Shown: positions 38,781-51,865 of the stretch, piece after piece
Position numbering within the stretch: position 1 is the first letter of the stretch
How the letters are laid out: the number at the start of each line of letters is the position of its first letter
Assembly (NCBI RefSeq): GCF_001186125.1
Contig: NW_014040114.1
Span: 20,526 to 72,391 of the forward strand
DNA length: 51,866 nt
From: Sphaeroforma arctica JP610
Lineage: Eukaryota
Reading direction: 5' to 3'
Made by a program: the position numbers and the translations under genes
The notes under the pieces: generated by a model
The model's database searches: none
Told to the model about the DNA's origin: nothing
Seen by the model: only the letters and a program-made list of their open reading frames with translations

Positions 38781-41700
38781 GAATGATGGAAGGTGCTACA
38801 GTATTTACAAATATTGACCTTACATAAGGATACCATCAAATGCAGGTATATGAACCACATCGTAAATACTATAGTTTTACGTGGAAAGGTAAACAGCATA
38901 GGTTCAGAGGTGCACCTTTCGGGTTACACTCTTTACCAGCATTCTTCCAACAAGTAATGGAGGAAATTTTTGCAGACATGCCTAACGTGCAAGTCTATAT
39001 AGATGACATAGTCATCTTTTCTAAAACTAAGGGCGAACACGCCGCATTAGTCAGACGAGTCCTTAAGAGACTCAACGAGCAACACTTCAAGATTAACGAG
39101 AATAAATGCTACTTCGCAATGAACGAAATACAGCTCTTAGGCTACATATATCTGGGATCAAAATCGACCCCGGTAATGTAAAACAACTGTTAGATTGACG
39201 AACACCAACTACTGGAAGAGATGTTAACAGCATATGTGGGGTTGTAAACTTCTTTTCAGATGGAGTACCACACTTAGCTGACTACCTTAAACCTTTTGGA
39301 CACTTAAGATGTCATAAAGGCAAACTAGGAGACTTGTGAACTAAAGAGCGTGATGACGCATTTAAGGCGCTCAAACACGCAGTCCACCAAGCCCCTGTTG
39401 TACAAGGACCGGTCGATGGCGTGCCGTTTGAAATAGCAACGGACACCTCCGACTTAGCCTTAGGAGGAGTATTATATCAGGTTATAGACAACAAACCTAG
39501 ATATATACAATTCTTTAGTCGAGCAATGAATGCTTCACCATTGAATTATCCAACTGTTAAACAAAAGTTATTAGTCATAGTGGCAGCTTCACCACACTTC
39601 CGAGATTATTTATATGGAACAGCATTTACGCTGATGTGTGATCAGAAATCTCTTCAATATATGAAAGAGATGAAACCCGACTCACAATTACTGAGTCGCT
39701 GGCATGATAAAATATCAAAGTTTCATTTTGACATAAAACATCTGCCAGGAATACATAACCATTTACCGGATATGCTATCACGCTTCGTACCGGACTTTAA
39801 TAAATCCGTATGTGAGTTACTAGCCACTGACTGGAAATGTAATCCCAGGTGGTTTGAACTGGCTCAAAAGATATTTGGGCCACATATGTTTGCTGCACAT
39901 CATAATTCACAACTATCGAATTACAGGACTTTAAATCATCCTTTGGGAGACGCCTTTCAAATAGACCTCTCCAAACATAATGGGTGGGCTAATCCACCCT
40001 GGCAGTTAATTGCCCAGCTATTAAATTATGGTCACATACATAAAGCTACCATCACGTTGTGTTGCCCATTACGGAGTAAAGATCCATGACTCAATACATT
40101 AATAAGCATGATACAATGTGAGCCAATATATTTAAATAGGGAGGTATATACTTTCCTATATCAGGGTACCCGAGCCGTCCAGAAGACGCCCTGGAGACAT
40201 ACTATAATATGTCGTGTAGGTCCCATTGGAACAACCAAATGGACCTCTTCTGAGACCTTCCTTAACAAGGTCAAAGAATCAGGGATTCCACTCTCTACCC
40301 AATTGAACGCTAAGCAGTTCAAAGACAACACGGCACTTGAAGTTTGTGCACAAGAAATACAATATACTAATGACACTACTGTTAAGAAGCGTCAGTCTCT
40401 AGCTAGGACTCTTTTTAATAACATAGAGTCCAAGCCCGAGGTCTTTCAAGCCCTATTTTTAAAGGGATTAATGAAAGATAATGCTGAAGCGTATACACAT
40501 ATAATGCGACTATCAAATAAGTCATTTCTATCAAACGCACATGAGTGCACTTATGACACTCATGCAAAAGAAGGACAGGAGTCTGGAAACACTACAGACT
40601 TAGAGACCACGCAAGTGGATTCTCAACACCCTACCTTTATTCTGGAGGAGCAGAATGATGAAAACATTCTTGCTTGGCTGACGCAAAACCATAAGCTGAA
40701 GCACCAGAATGTATTAGACGCACTTAAAAATGCTAAGCGAAATGGGATCGCGCACCCTAAGCTGACAACTTTAGTTGACAGAGTATATCAGTCATGAACA
40801 GGCTGTAATCTCAACCAGATCAAGCGCTACGGGTTCGCACCGCTTATGAGTGTGACCGAAGATGTTCCATGGCGCAGGGTCGTCATTGATCTGGTTGACC
40901 TGCCCACGTCCGAGCACACAGGCGACCGTTACGTATGCCACTTCTTTGATGTGGCGTCACGGTTTATCTTGCTCTATCCATTAAAGGATAAGAATACGCA
41001 GACCGTGGCAGAATTATGTTGCTAAGTCTTTGCTGACCACGGGTGGCCAGGTATTATGTGCACTGATAACGGTAGTGAGTTCTGCGACGACGTAATGGAA
41101 TTGCTAGTACTCGTATCAGGCATATGCCATAAGAGAGGTGTGCCATATAAGCCGCAAACNNNNNNNNNNNNNNNNNNNNNNNNNNNNNNNNNNNNNNNNN
41201 NNNNNNNNNNNNNNNNNNNNNNNNNNNNNNNNNNNNNNNNNNNNNNNNNNNNNNNNNNNNNNNNNNNNNNNNNNNNNNNNNNNNNNNNNNNNNNNNNNNN
41301 NNNNNNNNNNNNNNNNNNNNNNNNNNNNNNNNNNNNNNNNNNNNNNNNNNNNNNNNNNNNNNNNNNNNNNNNNNNNNNNNNNNNNNNNNNNNNNNNNNNN
41401 NNNNNNNNNNNNNNNNNNNNNNNNNNNNNNNNNNNNNNNNNNNNNNNNNNNNNNNNNNNNNNNNNNNNNNNNNNNNNNNNNNNNNNNNNNNNNNNNNNNN
41501 NNNNNNNNNNNNNNNNNNNNNNNNNNNNNNNNNNNNNNNNNNNNNNNNNNNNNNNNNNNNNNNNNNNNNNNNNNNNNNNNNNNNNNNNNNNNNNNNNNNN
41601 NNNNNNNNNNNNNNNNNNNNNNNNNNNNNNNNNNNNNNNNNNNNNNNNNNNNNNNNNNNNNNNNNNNNNNNNNNNNNNNNNNNNNNNNNNNNNNNNNNNN

Positions 41701-42598
41701 NNNNNNNNNNNNNNNNNNNNNNNNNNNNNNNNNNNNNNNNNNNNNNNNNNNNNNNNNNNNNNNNNNNNNNNNNNNNNNNNNNNNNNNNNNNNNNNNNNNN
41801 NNNNNNNNNNNNNNNNNNNNNNNNNNNNNNNNNNNNNNNNNNNNNNNNNNNNNNNNNNNNNNNNNNNNNNNNNNNNNNNNNNNNNNNNNNNNNNNNNNNN
41901 NNNNNNNNNNNNNNNNNNNNNNNNNNNNNNNNNNNNNNNNNNNNNNNNNNNNNNNNNNNNNNNNNNNNNNNNNNNNNNNNNNNNNNNNNNNNNNNNNNNN
42001 NNNNNNNNNNNNNNNNNNNNNNNNNNNNNNNNNNNNNNNNNNNNNTCCCGATGCTACTGTATTAACATCTAAATGGATAAGTCCATATATAATCTCTGTA
42101 GCAGACACTAAAGGTGGAACGTACGAGGTAAATAACCCCGATGGTTCTAGTGCGCTTAATATAGGCAGAAGTCGTATTCCGACTACAGAGATTATACTCG
42201 CAAGAAGACATGACTCTAATGCCCCTCTTGATCGTTCTGAATTTAAAGACAATATATGGAGAACGGATAAGGGAGGCTATACATACTATCGTACACGCTT
42301 TATAGACGGTACAATAGTTGAGTTGACTTCAGATGCTTTTAATAATCAAGACTATTTAAAAGCCTTTAATCGAAAATGGCGTAAACGCCTGCATAAGTCA
42401 CAAGCTGAAAAATATAGCATGTTTCCATCGTCTGAAGGCACGGAAGTTAAACCTTATCCACCTACAGCATTTATCCCGAGTTTAAATGCTCATCCTTCAT
42501 ATTTGCTTAAGACACTGAAGCGTAAGAAACGTCCAGTCGACCACCACGGACCTACTGGACCTAAGCCCAAAACTCACAGGGTGACCGAGAACGCTTAA
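38781..42598 (+). pseudogene. pol of element C: RT, RNase H, Dam-like MTase, integrase
   Basis: NIDLT*GYHQ, FRGAPFGL, YIDD (RT); IATDTSDLALGGVL, CDQKSL, NHLPDMLSR (RH); NPPW (MTase); H..H/C..C, VIDLVD, CTDNGSEF, KWISPY (IN). Confidence 0.92.
39829..40221 (+). pseudogene. Dam-like N6-adenine MTase domain in pol of element C
   Basis: DWKCNPRWF...FGPHMFAAHHNSQLSNY...DAFQIDLSKHNGWANPPWQLIAQLL...ITLCCP...P*L..L...KTPWRHTII; in frame with RNase H; NPPW codons at 39991-40002. Confidence 0.88.
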
Positions 42599-42717
42599 CT
42601 TCTCCGCCTGAGAAACATTAACAATTTAGACCCGTTATTCCTTTCTCGCTTTTTGACCCATAATCAGCTTGAGTGAGCAACTTGCTTCTCATGGGTCTCA
42701 AAGCTGGGTGGGGGCTG

Positions 42718-43486
42718 TGTAATAGCCGGGCCTCCACATTAGACTCTATGTTATAAACGTACTCTTAAGCAGTACGTAAATTATAAACGTACTCTTAATA
42801 GTACGAGGAACTTAAGTTTCCTAAATGGTTTTTAATGGTTCTATTAATTAATACCTTTTCCATTTTACATATCAGATATTTGCACGAGGCCATTAAAAGG
42901 CCCCAGTAAAATACCAAACATAAGAGTGGGTCTAGTTCTATTAATAGAACTATATTTACTTTCAAACTTTATTTATATCTGAATACTTCGGTAGCGAGAT
43001 GGCTCAACCGAATATAGGTTTCTAGGGACTATTAACGTTACCTAGTTGATCCTCCGATCAGCCAACCAGATGTGCCAGTCTGATGGAGGCTAAGTCGGTA
43101 ATTCTTGATAAGTGGCAAGTTATTGGTTAAGACAATAACTAAGGACATCCAGAGTATTTTTCCTTTTAATTTTTTTTTCTCTTCTTCTTCTAAAGATAGG
43201 ATTTTATGAGTCTCTCAGATTCGCCCCAATGAAACATACCATAGTTTCTAATAGAGCGACAACGAAACACTAAATAAAATCCCTTCGGCGGAAACAGTAC
43301 TGAGAGGATTATATATAGGCAATATATATAATCCCTCAGAGTATTGCTGTTTTCACGAGGCATACCTAACTTTACTAAAAGTCTCATTTCGTTGATTTAC
43401 TTTGATATTTTCACGATACTTAGAATTTACCAACGCGTTTATTTACTCTAAGGCGTTAATATCGCCTTAATAGACCGAATCTTACA
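42718..43486 (+). repeat. 3' LTR of element C
   Basis: Direct repeat of 36484-37251. Confidence 0.95.
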
Positions 43487-43813
43487 ACCACAAATTGCAG
43501 ATCTAACTCAAAATCCGTGTCGGGGTTCTGTTCATCCATTCCTCCCGACTCTAATACATAGTCTACTACAGTGTGCCCGTTACCAATCTCCCCACTATCA
43601 CCAGCTGCTTCCTCTTAGTTCCCAGCATAGTCATCACCTTCGTCGGAATCTTCAATTAAATCATTATGCACCTTTTTCTTTGCCGCACTATCACCCTTCT
43701 CAGCACTTGCACCATCACCCTTCTCATCAATTGCACCATTACTCTCCGCCTCATTATCCCCCTTTTCAGCACTTGAGTTTCCTGTCTCTTGCGCACTATT
43801 ATTGTCCACACCT

Positions 43814-45600
43814 CTACTGTTTGAAATGTATCATCCTCAAATTTACACGAAACAGCACTCCTTCACCGATTCCAGAATAAGCATAAGCACATAGATACAA
43901 GACAGTCTTACTCTGCAACAGCTTTTTTAAATCTCTTCTATTATACCCCACTAGGGGACACACAATATCGTCGAATATTACATCGTTTGCCCAGGTGAAA
44001 TATTTTCGAATACTACATCGTTTGCACGGGTGAAAAACATGGCAGCGGCGTCTACAAGTGGCTTTGTGCAATCGATGAATATTTGGAGTTTTCCCTGTCG
44101 ATTCACACTTATCAGCTGAACAAAATAATTGAGAATACCTCCTTTCCACGCTAATGCTGCGGCCAAACCGTTTGGCGTCGCATTTATATATATTGTATTT
44201 CGCTTACTAGACTTCATGAAGTTATTAACATGGCCTCCTTCCCTGGAAAAATGTGCAGCAATAAGGTCCTTGCCGTCCTGGGTTTTCGTATGTATGTAAC
44301 GTATCGTTGTTATAGGACATGTGAGGTTGAGTAGTCCTAGAAATATCAATAACTCTTTTGACCTATAGCACCCAGCATAATCAGATGCAAGTATTATAGT
44401 TCCCATGTGTGGCAACTTTTCCTTCACTGCATAGAAATAGGCTTCAAGCATCGAATAAACGCACGATGCATCCTGCTTGTTTTCACAAAGAATTTGGTTG
44501 CCGTAGATAATATGTCGCACCGCTTCTTTCTTGTCAACTGCAATTCCATCTAGTCCAATCTCAGACCACTCTCTGTATTCAAAATACATCATAATACACC
44601 CATGCCTTCCCATCTGCCTCTCTGTCCATAATGTTCGTGTGTTGTCTCTCTGGATGATATTAGGTTAAACTTCATCTTTCAATCTCGCATCGTTCAGACA
44701 TTTCTTTAAGTATGTTGTCGTAGTGATACTGTTGGGGTTTCACCTTTGTGCGATGGCCTGAATAGATCTCAAATTTATCACGACAGACTTTTAAGACGCC
44801 TAATGCATCTGTCTTAATATCTGGAGCGCCCTATGCACTATCCGTGACCATATTCTTGAGTTCTTGAACAACCCAAGGCATGAACTTGCATCCATTACGT
44901 GCATTTAATTTCGTAAGTGCATTGGGCTCATGTTTTAGAAGTGCATATCGCAAACCATGTGTGTTGATAGAGTATCATATTTTGCCACGTGATGATCAAG
45001 TTGTTGTTTATCAAACGTCTTTGCAAGATCAACGAGGCTGGGAAGTCAATTTTTCTCTGTATGATCAGCGGCAAAATCCTCAAGTATAGTCTGCATAGTG
45101 CCGATAACATCGGTGACTAAACTACCTGTAACATAATCGACGGTGTTTTTAAGTTTCTCATCCTTATTAGTTATTGTCAGCAAGACCTTCATATTTTTTT
45201 TTGCCGATATGATCGACCTCAGGCATCGACACTATAAAGTCCTGATACATGACTTCCGCAGGCTTCCTTCTTGTAAGTACTGGCAGTGTAATAGTGTCAT
45301 CTGGGGCAATTTTTAGTGTTTTTGTCCCCCATGATATTAAACATATCTTCTCGTCTGATAATATGAAATTTATTGCTGTCTCCAAATTAGACAAACAAAA
45401 TCTAGTTCTACTATACTTGTTGACGCCTATACCTACACGACTTGCTATTGCTTTAAAGTTTTCATATCCCACATCTCGGGATGTTCCAGCCAAGGCCAGC
45501 TTCCCTTCACGCTTCAATACATCAATCTTCTTCCTATTCCTTTTGTAATGAATTGTTCGGAGCATTGTTGTATATTTCAATGACGCCAACGCTTAAAACC
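43814..45600 (-). pseudogene. Decayed DDD-type DNA transposase, tentatively Sola3-like
   Basis: D*KMKF..SRE....YGQRG, MGRHG, KQD...VYSMLE, SDYAGCY and HTKTQDGKDLIAAHF match the pattern DWxMKF..RE...GKRG.SWH / QD / SDNAGCY / Q.GK..D. The superfamily assignment is from memory. No TIRs identified. Confidence 0.65.
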
Positions 45601-45659
45601 GTATTCTTATTGCATATTATCTCCCCGCCAAGGGGTGGAACCCGGGTCCACTGTATCTC

Positions 45660-46682
45660 TCTGTCACGACATCAGGAAGAACTCAACAAAACGTTGGTCC
45701 AACAAGGAGATCGCGGCAATGGCCCGGCGCCAATACTATTACCAACTGGTTATGGGTAAACCGCCAACCTCAAACCGAGACATAGCCAGACACGACAGCT
45801 TCAATCGCTGCTTCGAGTCTACACCAATCCGGCTCTGTGCTATGATTGTAACGAATACGTACATGTTCACATTGCTCGACTACCGCACCGACGGCTGTCT
45901 CTGCCCTGTCTGCCCCGGTAACCACAAGTTCACTACCAGCCACTTTACCTGCATCCAACAACTGATTCGACGCATCCTGGTAGGCCCGAAACTGCCGCCC
46001 ATTGGCCCAGACCTCCTTCAGCAATTACAGGAGTGCCACGACTTCCACGGTATCTGAACCCTCCACGAACACATTGTATCTTTTCTCCAGCATGTTGAAG
46101 AATCACCGTACCCTCACCCGTCCCTGACACATCAACATATGTTCCCCATACCCCGGCTAATCACGCTGTTGAAGTACTGCTTCCAAATATCGGTTCAAAC
46201 CAAATCATTGCGCTTGTTGGTTCCGACTATGATACTTCCGATCCAGGCCAGTCAACACATACCGAATTCATCCGTGGTCTGGTGCGGCATTGGCTTACCC
46301 CCATCCTTGCTTCTCGACCGGATTATGACGGATAACCTGGTCCTTCTCGGTATTTCGTACTCTGCACTAACCCATTCCGCGGCACTACACGGCGCAGACC
46401 TGATCCGTACCACAGAGGTGGGTACTCTACTTAGTAGGTCAGAAAGCGAATATATGGAACATTCGATAGTAACAGTGTTTTGTCAACACCGGCCCGAATT
46501 GACTCAGCACATATCTTCCATTGTCGACTCACTTGGCCCAAGCTTCAAACGGGAATTTACTGACCACTTCTTCCCATCAATCTTTCCTGAACCACTACAG
46601 CGACTATGAGAGCCATACCATATGTTCATACATTGTATCATACATACTTGCCATTTTTGAAATAAATAATATTATCCCTACA
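45660..46682 (+). mobile_element. 5'-truncated non-LTR retrotransposon (LINE) copy 1: zinc knuckle plus C-terminal extension
   Basis: Homologous to 48250-49264; contains CPVCPGNHKFTTSHFTC. Confidence 0.8.
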
Positions 46683-47385
46683 GCAATCCAGCACCTTTGC
46701 CCCACCTGATTTAGCTTGTACAGGTGTGCTAGCTACAACACCTAAGTTGTTGGCGACGTCTTTCATTACCGTATGCGAATCAGCTAGATATATAATCGTT
46801 GCTAGTCACTTGAATGCTTTCAAAATAAACTGCGTCATACAGCTCTACCCGTGTGTATGAGTTATCGACAGTTCTGTACTGTTTTTCTCTCTCTCGCAAT
46901 TTTATACCAGATATTGCTTTTGTGGATCTCCTAACACACCAGCCAAAGCCACGCACAGCATCTGATATTGTGTTGATGCGCTCATTATCTACAGTGCTAA
47001 TTGTAACTATAGTAATACTTTCTGTATGTGCGTATATACTAGCGCGAATAGCAGAAGTACTTCTAGGAGACTTGAGCGCACGTAGTCTCTCTGTGATATG
47101 TACACGAGATTTCTTAGCCGACGAACGAGCAGATGGGGGTACGCTCTACATTTCCAATAACTCTTTTTCCCGGCCGTCGCCCACGCCTCGTTGTATCATC
47201 CACCGCAAGCCCATCACAGTCGCACTTGCATCGTTTACATGCACTGTTTCACTCTCCACAACGTTACCTTTTATGATTATAGGTACACTCATCACAGGTA
47301 TCCTGTGGTGTGCAATTACAAGTCGGCATATCCGACTTTTACCCGACTTTCACCTAATCACTAACACGCATTAAATTACCATTCA

Positions 47386-49264
47386 ATGGCCAACGTCTGT
47401 CTGGACATTACTAAGGCATACGAAAAGGTTGCTCTCCCGCGCTTGTGGGTACTATTGCGCCACGCTGGAATGCCCGAAAACTGGATCAACTGCCTCCGCG
47501 CGCTATTTGAAAGGGACCCTACCCGAGTTACATACCGCGGCATGCTCTCCTATCTTTTTCATAGAAACAATGGCATTCTACAAGGCTCAATCGTTGGCCC
47601 CCAGCTCTTTATTATCTACATGGATTCTTTGGCTGTCACACTAGCACAATTCCGGCCCAAGCTCTTCCGCTTTTATTTATTTGTCGACGACACACGGATC
47701 CAAGGCCCCCAACCGGTTCCGCTCCAGCCCTTTTTAGACGACATTGATGCTTGGGGACGCAAATCTGGCCTCGAACAGGGTTTCATCAAACCCCGAGTAC
47801 GATCTACCAACTTGCGACACGCGGTGCCAAGCCTCCGTATAAGTGGTGACATCTTATCCACGGCTACATATGGCCTGAACATTATTGCCTGGGCTTCACC
47901 TATATGGAAGGATGCGCTGGACCTCTTGTTTGAGCGCTATAATTCAGCACTCATTTGAGCAGCAGCCATCATAACGGGCACCAAATACCCTAGGTTTCCC
48001 AAATATCAAACCAACTTACTCCATTTTTGTGGCCTGCTCCTCACGCGAGCATTCGCAGACTACCTCGGAGGTTGCCTGGGACTGCAACTCGACTCAATGG
48101 CCAGCACAAAACCACTCACCTTCTGACGCAACCAGCCTGGGTCCACGACAAACCCTCACTGCGCTTCCCGTACAGTATCTATGCCCATTTGAAGACTGTA
48201 TACAAAACCACGGACGGGCGTACACCAGACCATGTAGCCCTCCGCCGACGATGTGACGACATTAAAAAGAATTCAACGAAATACTGGTCCAACAAGGAGA
48301 TCGCGGCAATGGCCCGGCGTCAATACTATTACCAATTGGTCATGGACAAACCGCCAACCTCAGATCGGGACAAAGCCAGACACAATAGCTTCAACCGCTG
48401 CTTCGAGCCTACACCAATACGTCTCTGTGCTATGATTATAACAAATACGTACATGTTCACATTGCTCGACTACCGCACTGACGGCTGTCTCTGCCCTGTC
48501 TGCCCCGGTAACCACAAGTTCACTACCAGCCACTTTACCTGCATCCAACAACTGATTTGACGCATCCTGGTAGGCCCGAAACTGCCGCCCATTGGCCCAG
48601 ACCTCCTTCAGCAACTACAGGAGCGCTATGACTTCCATGGTATCTGGACCCTCCACAAACACCTTGGATCTTTTCTCCAGCATGTAGAACAACCCCTGTA
48701 CCCACACCCGTCTCTGACATATCAACAGATGTTTCCTATACCCCGTCTAATCACGCTGTTGAAGTACTACTTCCAAATTTCGGTCCAAACCAATTCATCG
48801 CGCCTGTTGATTCCGCCTATGATACTTCCAATACAGGCAAACCAGCACATACCGAGTGCATCCGTGGTCTGATGTGGCATCGGTTTACCCCCAACCTCGC
48901 TTCTCAACCGAATTATGACGGATAATCTGGTCCTACTTGGCATTTCGTACTCTGCACTAACCCATTCCACAGCACTACATGATAAAGACCCGATCTGAAC
49001 CACAGAGGTGGGTACGCAGTTTAGTAGGTCAGAAAGCGAATACGTGGCACACTCGATGGTGTCAGTTTTTTGTAAGCACCGGCCTGAATTGACCCAGCGC
49101 ATATCCTCCATTGTCGACTCACTTGGTCCAAGCTTCAACAGGGAATTTACTGACCACTTCTTCCCATCGATCTTCCCCGAACCAGTACAACGGCTATGAG
49201 AGCCATACCATATGTACAGACATTGTAACTTAACTCCTTTGAAATAAATAATATTAACCCTACC
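47386..49264 (+). mobile_element. Non-LTR retrotransposon (LINE) copy 2: partial RT, zinc knuckle, C-terminal extension
   Basis: CLDITKAYEKV, GILQGSIVGPQLFIIYMD and LFVDD are non-LTR RT motifs; downstream C-x2-C-x9-H-x2-C; internal deletions and stops. Confidence 0.88.
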
Positions 49265-51219
49265 GTGATTCATGTGTGCACTGCAAACTCCTGAACTATC
49301 ATAGCAAGTATCTCCTTAATCCGTACTCTGTGATAAAATAAGGGTTTTCTTAATACCGCATTTGATTGAAACTGTCCTGCCCCAAGATTCTGTCCCGGTT
49401 GAAACACGATTTTGTAGACAAAGAACAAAACAGAAGAAAAAAAATTTCGGAATATTTACATACATTTGACTGTAAATACATAAATACATACTCTTTTTAA
49501 AAAAAAAAGGCTATGAATTTATTTATGAGAAAAACGGCTGCATTCCATAACCTTCTATTTATTTATAAATTCCATAGCCTAAAAAGTTCTAAATTGAAAC
49601 AAGGCCAAAAATAACACAAGAGGCTAAAAGTAAGTGATTTCGTGGTTCTGATCAAGAGACCTAAACAAGCAAAAAAAACCCCCCCCCACCACCCAGAGAG
49701 CCACATACATAATATGTACAGAATAGAAATTAAAAATAAAATAGAAATAGGGACAGACAGTCAGACAGGACAGGTGGACTCTGAGTCTCCGAGTCTTGGG
49801 CTGTGACTCTGGGGGCTATGGTGGGGGGCTCTGGGCCCTTTCTGGGGCCTGGGGTTGGGGCGGTGGGCCCGGTGGGGACTGGGGACTGGAACTCTGGAAC
49901 CTGGATTGACCAATATTTTGTAAAATAATAATTACATATATGTTCTATTTATAAAATAATAAAATGTCTGTCACTACCTACATTTATAAAAAAGGGTTCA
50001 GAACTTCAGCCACAAATTCACAATGTCGAATGCTTTTTTGGAAAGGCTCCGTCTCAGAGTTACGATCAGACTCAGAGTCAGAGGCTCCGGTTGCCTAAGC
50101 CAACACTTTTATAAGCCATAAGGACCTATTTATTTTCCGTGTGTTTCCCAAATCCTGAAATCCCATCTCCCCAGGTCCCAGGATTCATCACACACACTAT
50201 CAAACACACACACACACAGACAGTCACACAGTCACACACAGGAGGGGACGAGATGAGTGTCCAGTTGTCCACAAGTCCAAAACTGTCAGGACGGTGACTT
50301 TTCCCACCACGGGGGTCTGGCAGTCTGGACTCTGTACGCCTGAAATAAAAAAAATAGTGAAAATCGTACTACAATATTGGATATTTACTTCTAAAAAAAG
50401 AACGATAAAGCCCAAAAATATAAAAATAAGAATGGTCACAGACTCCACAGTTTCTGGTGTCCAAAATAGTCTCTGGCTCTGCAGCTCTCAGGCTGGGTGG
50501 GAAATGGCAAAGCTACATTGTTATGTATACTATATATATTAATAATAAAGCTAACCGTGCAGTTTTATACGGTCCTCAGTCTTAAGTCGCTGGATAATTC
50601 TAATCACGTATGTATGCTGTATTCTAATTTCGTGTGCACGATTAACAGATGTATGTGAATGCAATGTAAAAGAATACGGTGTACAAGTAATCGTCAACGG
50701 GCCTCGGTAGTCGGGCTTAATTGTAATTTGGGTCATGTGCTTGAGTGCGTTCCACGTGCACAGCTTCTGAAAGTCCAACAACCTCCTACAAAACACTTTT
50801 CAATTTACATCGGGTATAAAGTTGGCATCAATTTGGTGTAAGATTTTGTGTGTAAGACTGGTTGAGCTGGCGACACCGTGTGTGTATGACTTGCTTACTC
50901 AGGCCGCTCCTAAATACGCTCGTAAACTACAGTTACAATGGCGAGACGCGGAATTAGTCCAGGAAAATGCTTGTTATTTTCAGAAGTGATTTGCGCTGAT
51001 GTTGTTTCACTCCTTGTATATGAATGCTTGATTCTGGTTGTTTGAACTTCATATCCACTTCTGTTTGTAGACTTGTCAAATGTCTATCATGTAATTTACA
51101 TAGTGTGTATATAACAACATAAGTACATATGAAAAATTACATACATGCATAAACGTAATATCGTACGTAAATTTGATTTATTATTTTGTTCATAACAATT
51201 ACATACTTTCATGCAAAAT

Positions 51220-51307
51220 TTATATACACACACATACACACGAACGTATGCACACATTCGCAAGAATAAAATAACATACACACACGGACGCACGTACACA
51301 CGAACGT

Positions 51308-51345
<38 letters not shown>

Positions 51346-51620
51346 ACACACACACACACACACATACACACACACACACACACACATATATATATTTGTT
51401 CACACACATACACATACGTGTAAAACAAATACACACACACACATACACTTACGTGTAAAACAAATACACACACGAAAACAAGCACACAACACGCATAAAA
51501 ACGCACGCACACACACACGCACACAGACACACACACACGCACACAGACACACACACACAGACACAAACAAACACACACACACATACACGCGCGCGCGTGT
51601 ACAAACACACACACGAGTGT

Positions 51621-51651
<31 letters not shown>

Positions 51652-51832
51652 TATATATCAAATATAAGTTAATGTATGCGTATATATATGTATACGTATA
51701 TGTACATGAACAGGTATATATATATGTATATATTCATATATAATGTTGATTTTTACATATATGCATATATATATCCATATGCATATATATATAGATATAT
51801 ATAACACACACACACACATATATATATATACA

Positions 51833-51865
<33 letters not shown>

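Larger units (their letters stand above)
36484..43486 (+). mobile_element. Ty3/Gypsy LTR retrotransposon 'C' (family 2) with Dam-like MTase; contains N-gaps 38331-38780 and 41160-42045
   Basis: ~768-bp TGTAA...TTACA direct repeats, PPT-like GGGTGGGGG before the 3' LTR, RT/RH/IN motifs in Gypsy order. No target-site duplication is seen. Confidence 0.92.

Noticed and set aside
46853..47374. 173-aa hydrophobic plus-strand ORF
   Set aside because: No ATG start and no recognisable domain; probably antisense to a decayed transposase segment.
48767..49273. 168-aa minus-strand ORF
   Set aside because: Antisense shadow of the LINE ORF: the paralogous copy has several stops in this frame, and synonymous changes favour the plus strand.
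49509..49579. Short inverted repeat GGCTATG-AATTTAT...ATAAATTCCATAGCC as a MITE
   Set aside because: Single short AT-rich instance with no target-site duplication or second copy in the window.
50690..50935. Possible terminal minus-strand exons of a neighbouring gene
   Set aside because: Splice-like signals exist, but the peptide is short and unrecognisable.
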